From: Prevotella phage Lak-C1
Sequence record: MK250029.1
Direction: 5' to 3' (one strand)
Length of the DNA: 32,000 bases
Within the stretch, counting starts at the first letter, position 1; each line of letters opens with the position of its first letter. Both the position numbers and the translations under genes were made by a program. Under the pieces are notes generated by a model. That model did no database searches. It was not told the DNA's origin and was given only the letters and a program-made list of their open reading frames with translations. Shown here piece after piece: positions 31,195 to 32,000 of this stretch.

Positions 31195-31212
31195 AATACA
31201 AAGATACATATT
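31195..31212 (-). promoter_or_regulatory. Bacteroidota-type promoter
   Basis: Minus strand ATATGTATCTTTGTATTA. Confidence 0.65.
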
Positions 31213-31274
31213 TTATTCCAAATAAAAAAATGTCTACAAGAATATATTTCAATTCTCATAGACATATAATTATA

Positions 31275-32000
31275 TTAATATATTACTAATCTTACTGTGT
31301 TCATTACTTTTCCACCTGGTGTTTTGAATGTAATAATAGCATAATTATATTCATAACCATCCCATTCACATTCACGGTCTTCACCATATCCATTATAACG
31401 GTCACCATCTTCCAACTTATATTTAAATTCAATAGTTGCTTTCCAATTCGGTTTCTTTATAGATTGTAATGTTGTTTTATAATCTTTACATTTTTTTGCA
31501 TCATGTGCAAGTAATCGTAATCCATATCTTTCAAAAATTTGACCACGTTTTCCTGCAACTCTTTCACTTGATACTGTTGTTATTTCTAATGGTTTACATT
31601 TCAATACATTAACAATATACTTATTTAATGATTCAAATTCTTTACATGGTTTAGAAATAAAATGAATAATATCAACATATGTACTACGTTCACTTCTTAA
31701 CCACCCGCTAGGACTATGTATCTCTGTTTTTTGTATATATCCTGGAACATCCACCTTATAAAGATCATATCTATAAATATCTTCCTCTAATTGATCAACA
31801 TCACCATTAGGATAAAATTTAGATAATACTTTTTCATTCTTAAAATAAAAATCAACAATATTAATTTCAATTACTGGTGATTTTTTTGATTTCTGTTCAG
31901 TAATATCTTTCTTTATAAGTTTTTTTAATATACCAACTTTATCATTTGATGATATACGAGGTTTTGATGTAGTTCTTGTATTACTAATTGTATTTGATGA
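31275..32000 (-). CDS. Hypothetical protein, 5'-truncated by window edge
   Basis: Track ORF starts at GTG 31754 but the frame is open to 32000 (...SSNDKVGILKKLIKKDITEQKSKKSPVIEINIVDFYFKNEKVLSKFYPNGDVDQLEEDIYRYDLYKVDVPG...). Confidence 0.75.
   Translation of the reverse strand, partial: SSNTISNTRTTSKPRISSNDKVGILKKLIKKDITEQKSKKSPVIEINIVDFYFKNEKVLSKFYPNGDVDQLEEDIYRYDLYKVDVPGYIQKTEIHSPSGWLRSERSTYVDIIHFISKPCKEFESLNKYIVNVLKCKPLEITTVSSERVAGKRGQIFERYGLRLLAHDAKKCKDYKTTLQSIKKPNWKATIEFKYKLEDGDRYNGYGEDRECEWDGYEYNYAIITFKTPGGKVMNTVRLVIY

Noticed and set aside
1-32000. CRISPR array or tRNA genes (including a CUA-anticodon suppressor tRNA)
   Set aside because: No regularly spaced repeat-spacer pattern and no cloverleaf recognised in this window; any suppressor tRNA would be elsewhere.
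1-32000. TGA also reassigned (to Trp)
   Set aside because: No gene requires in-frame TGA read-through; TGG is used for Trp and the 24771-25094 gene plausibly ends at TGA.

Overview
This 32 kb AT-rich window is almost certainly part of a large Bacteroidota-infecting phage genome that reads TAG as an amino acid, most likely Gln (code-15 style), and terminates with TAA. Several 'fragmented' ORFs in the supplied track join into single genes once TAG is read through: a glycine-rich structural protein (312-2123 +), a 615-aa structural protein (2171-4018 -), a ~1973-aa tape-measure-like protein (4110-10031 -), a small lipoprotein (10054-10419 -), an 88-aa protein (12779-13045 +) and a GIY-YIG/T5orf172-like nuclease (24771-25094 +) that the track missed. 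Recognisable non-structural genes are a T4 gp62-like clamp-loader small subunit, ClpP, a HCxxGxSR phosphatase, a PseT-like polynucleotide kinase/phosphatase, a DUF488-like protein and a signal-peptide-bearing outer-membrane beta-barrel-like protein. The most unusual content is two ~0.9-1.1 kb intergenic regions without convincing ORFs (about 20450-19541 and 26535-25438, both minus strand). Each has promoter-like sequence upstream, a strong hairpin with a T-run downstream, an identical 12-nt GTTCTTTGAAAT (boxA-like) element near the 5' end, and many internal hairpins (several GNRA-capped in the second). They look like two large structured noncoding RNAs. A duplicated promoter-like cassette enclosing a hairpin (27620-27981), a repeated TGTATCTTTGTATT promoter motif (4 sites) and TAG codons clustered in structural/late-type genes are also notable. 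All calls are from manual reading; no homology search was run.
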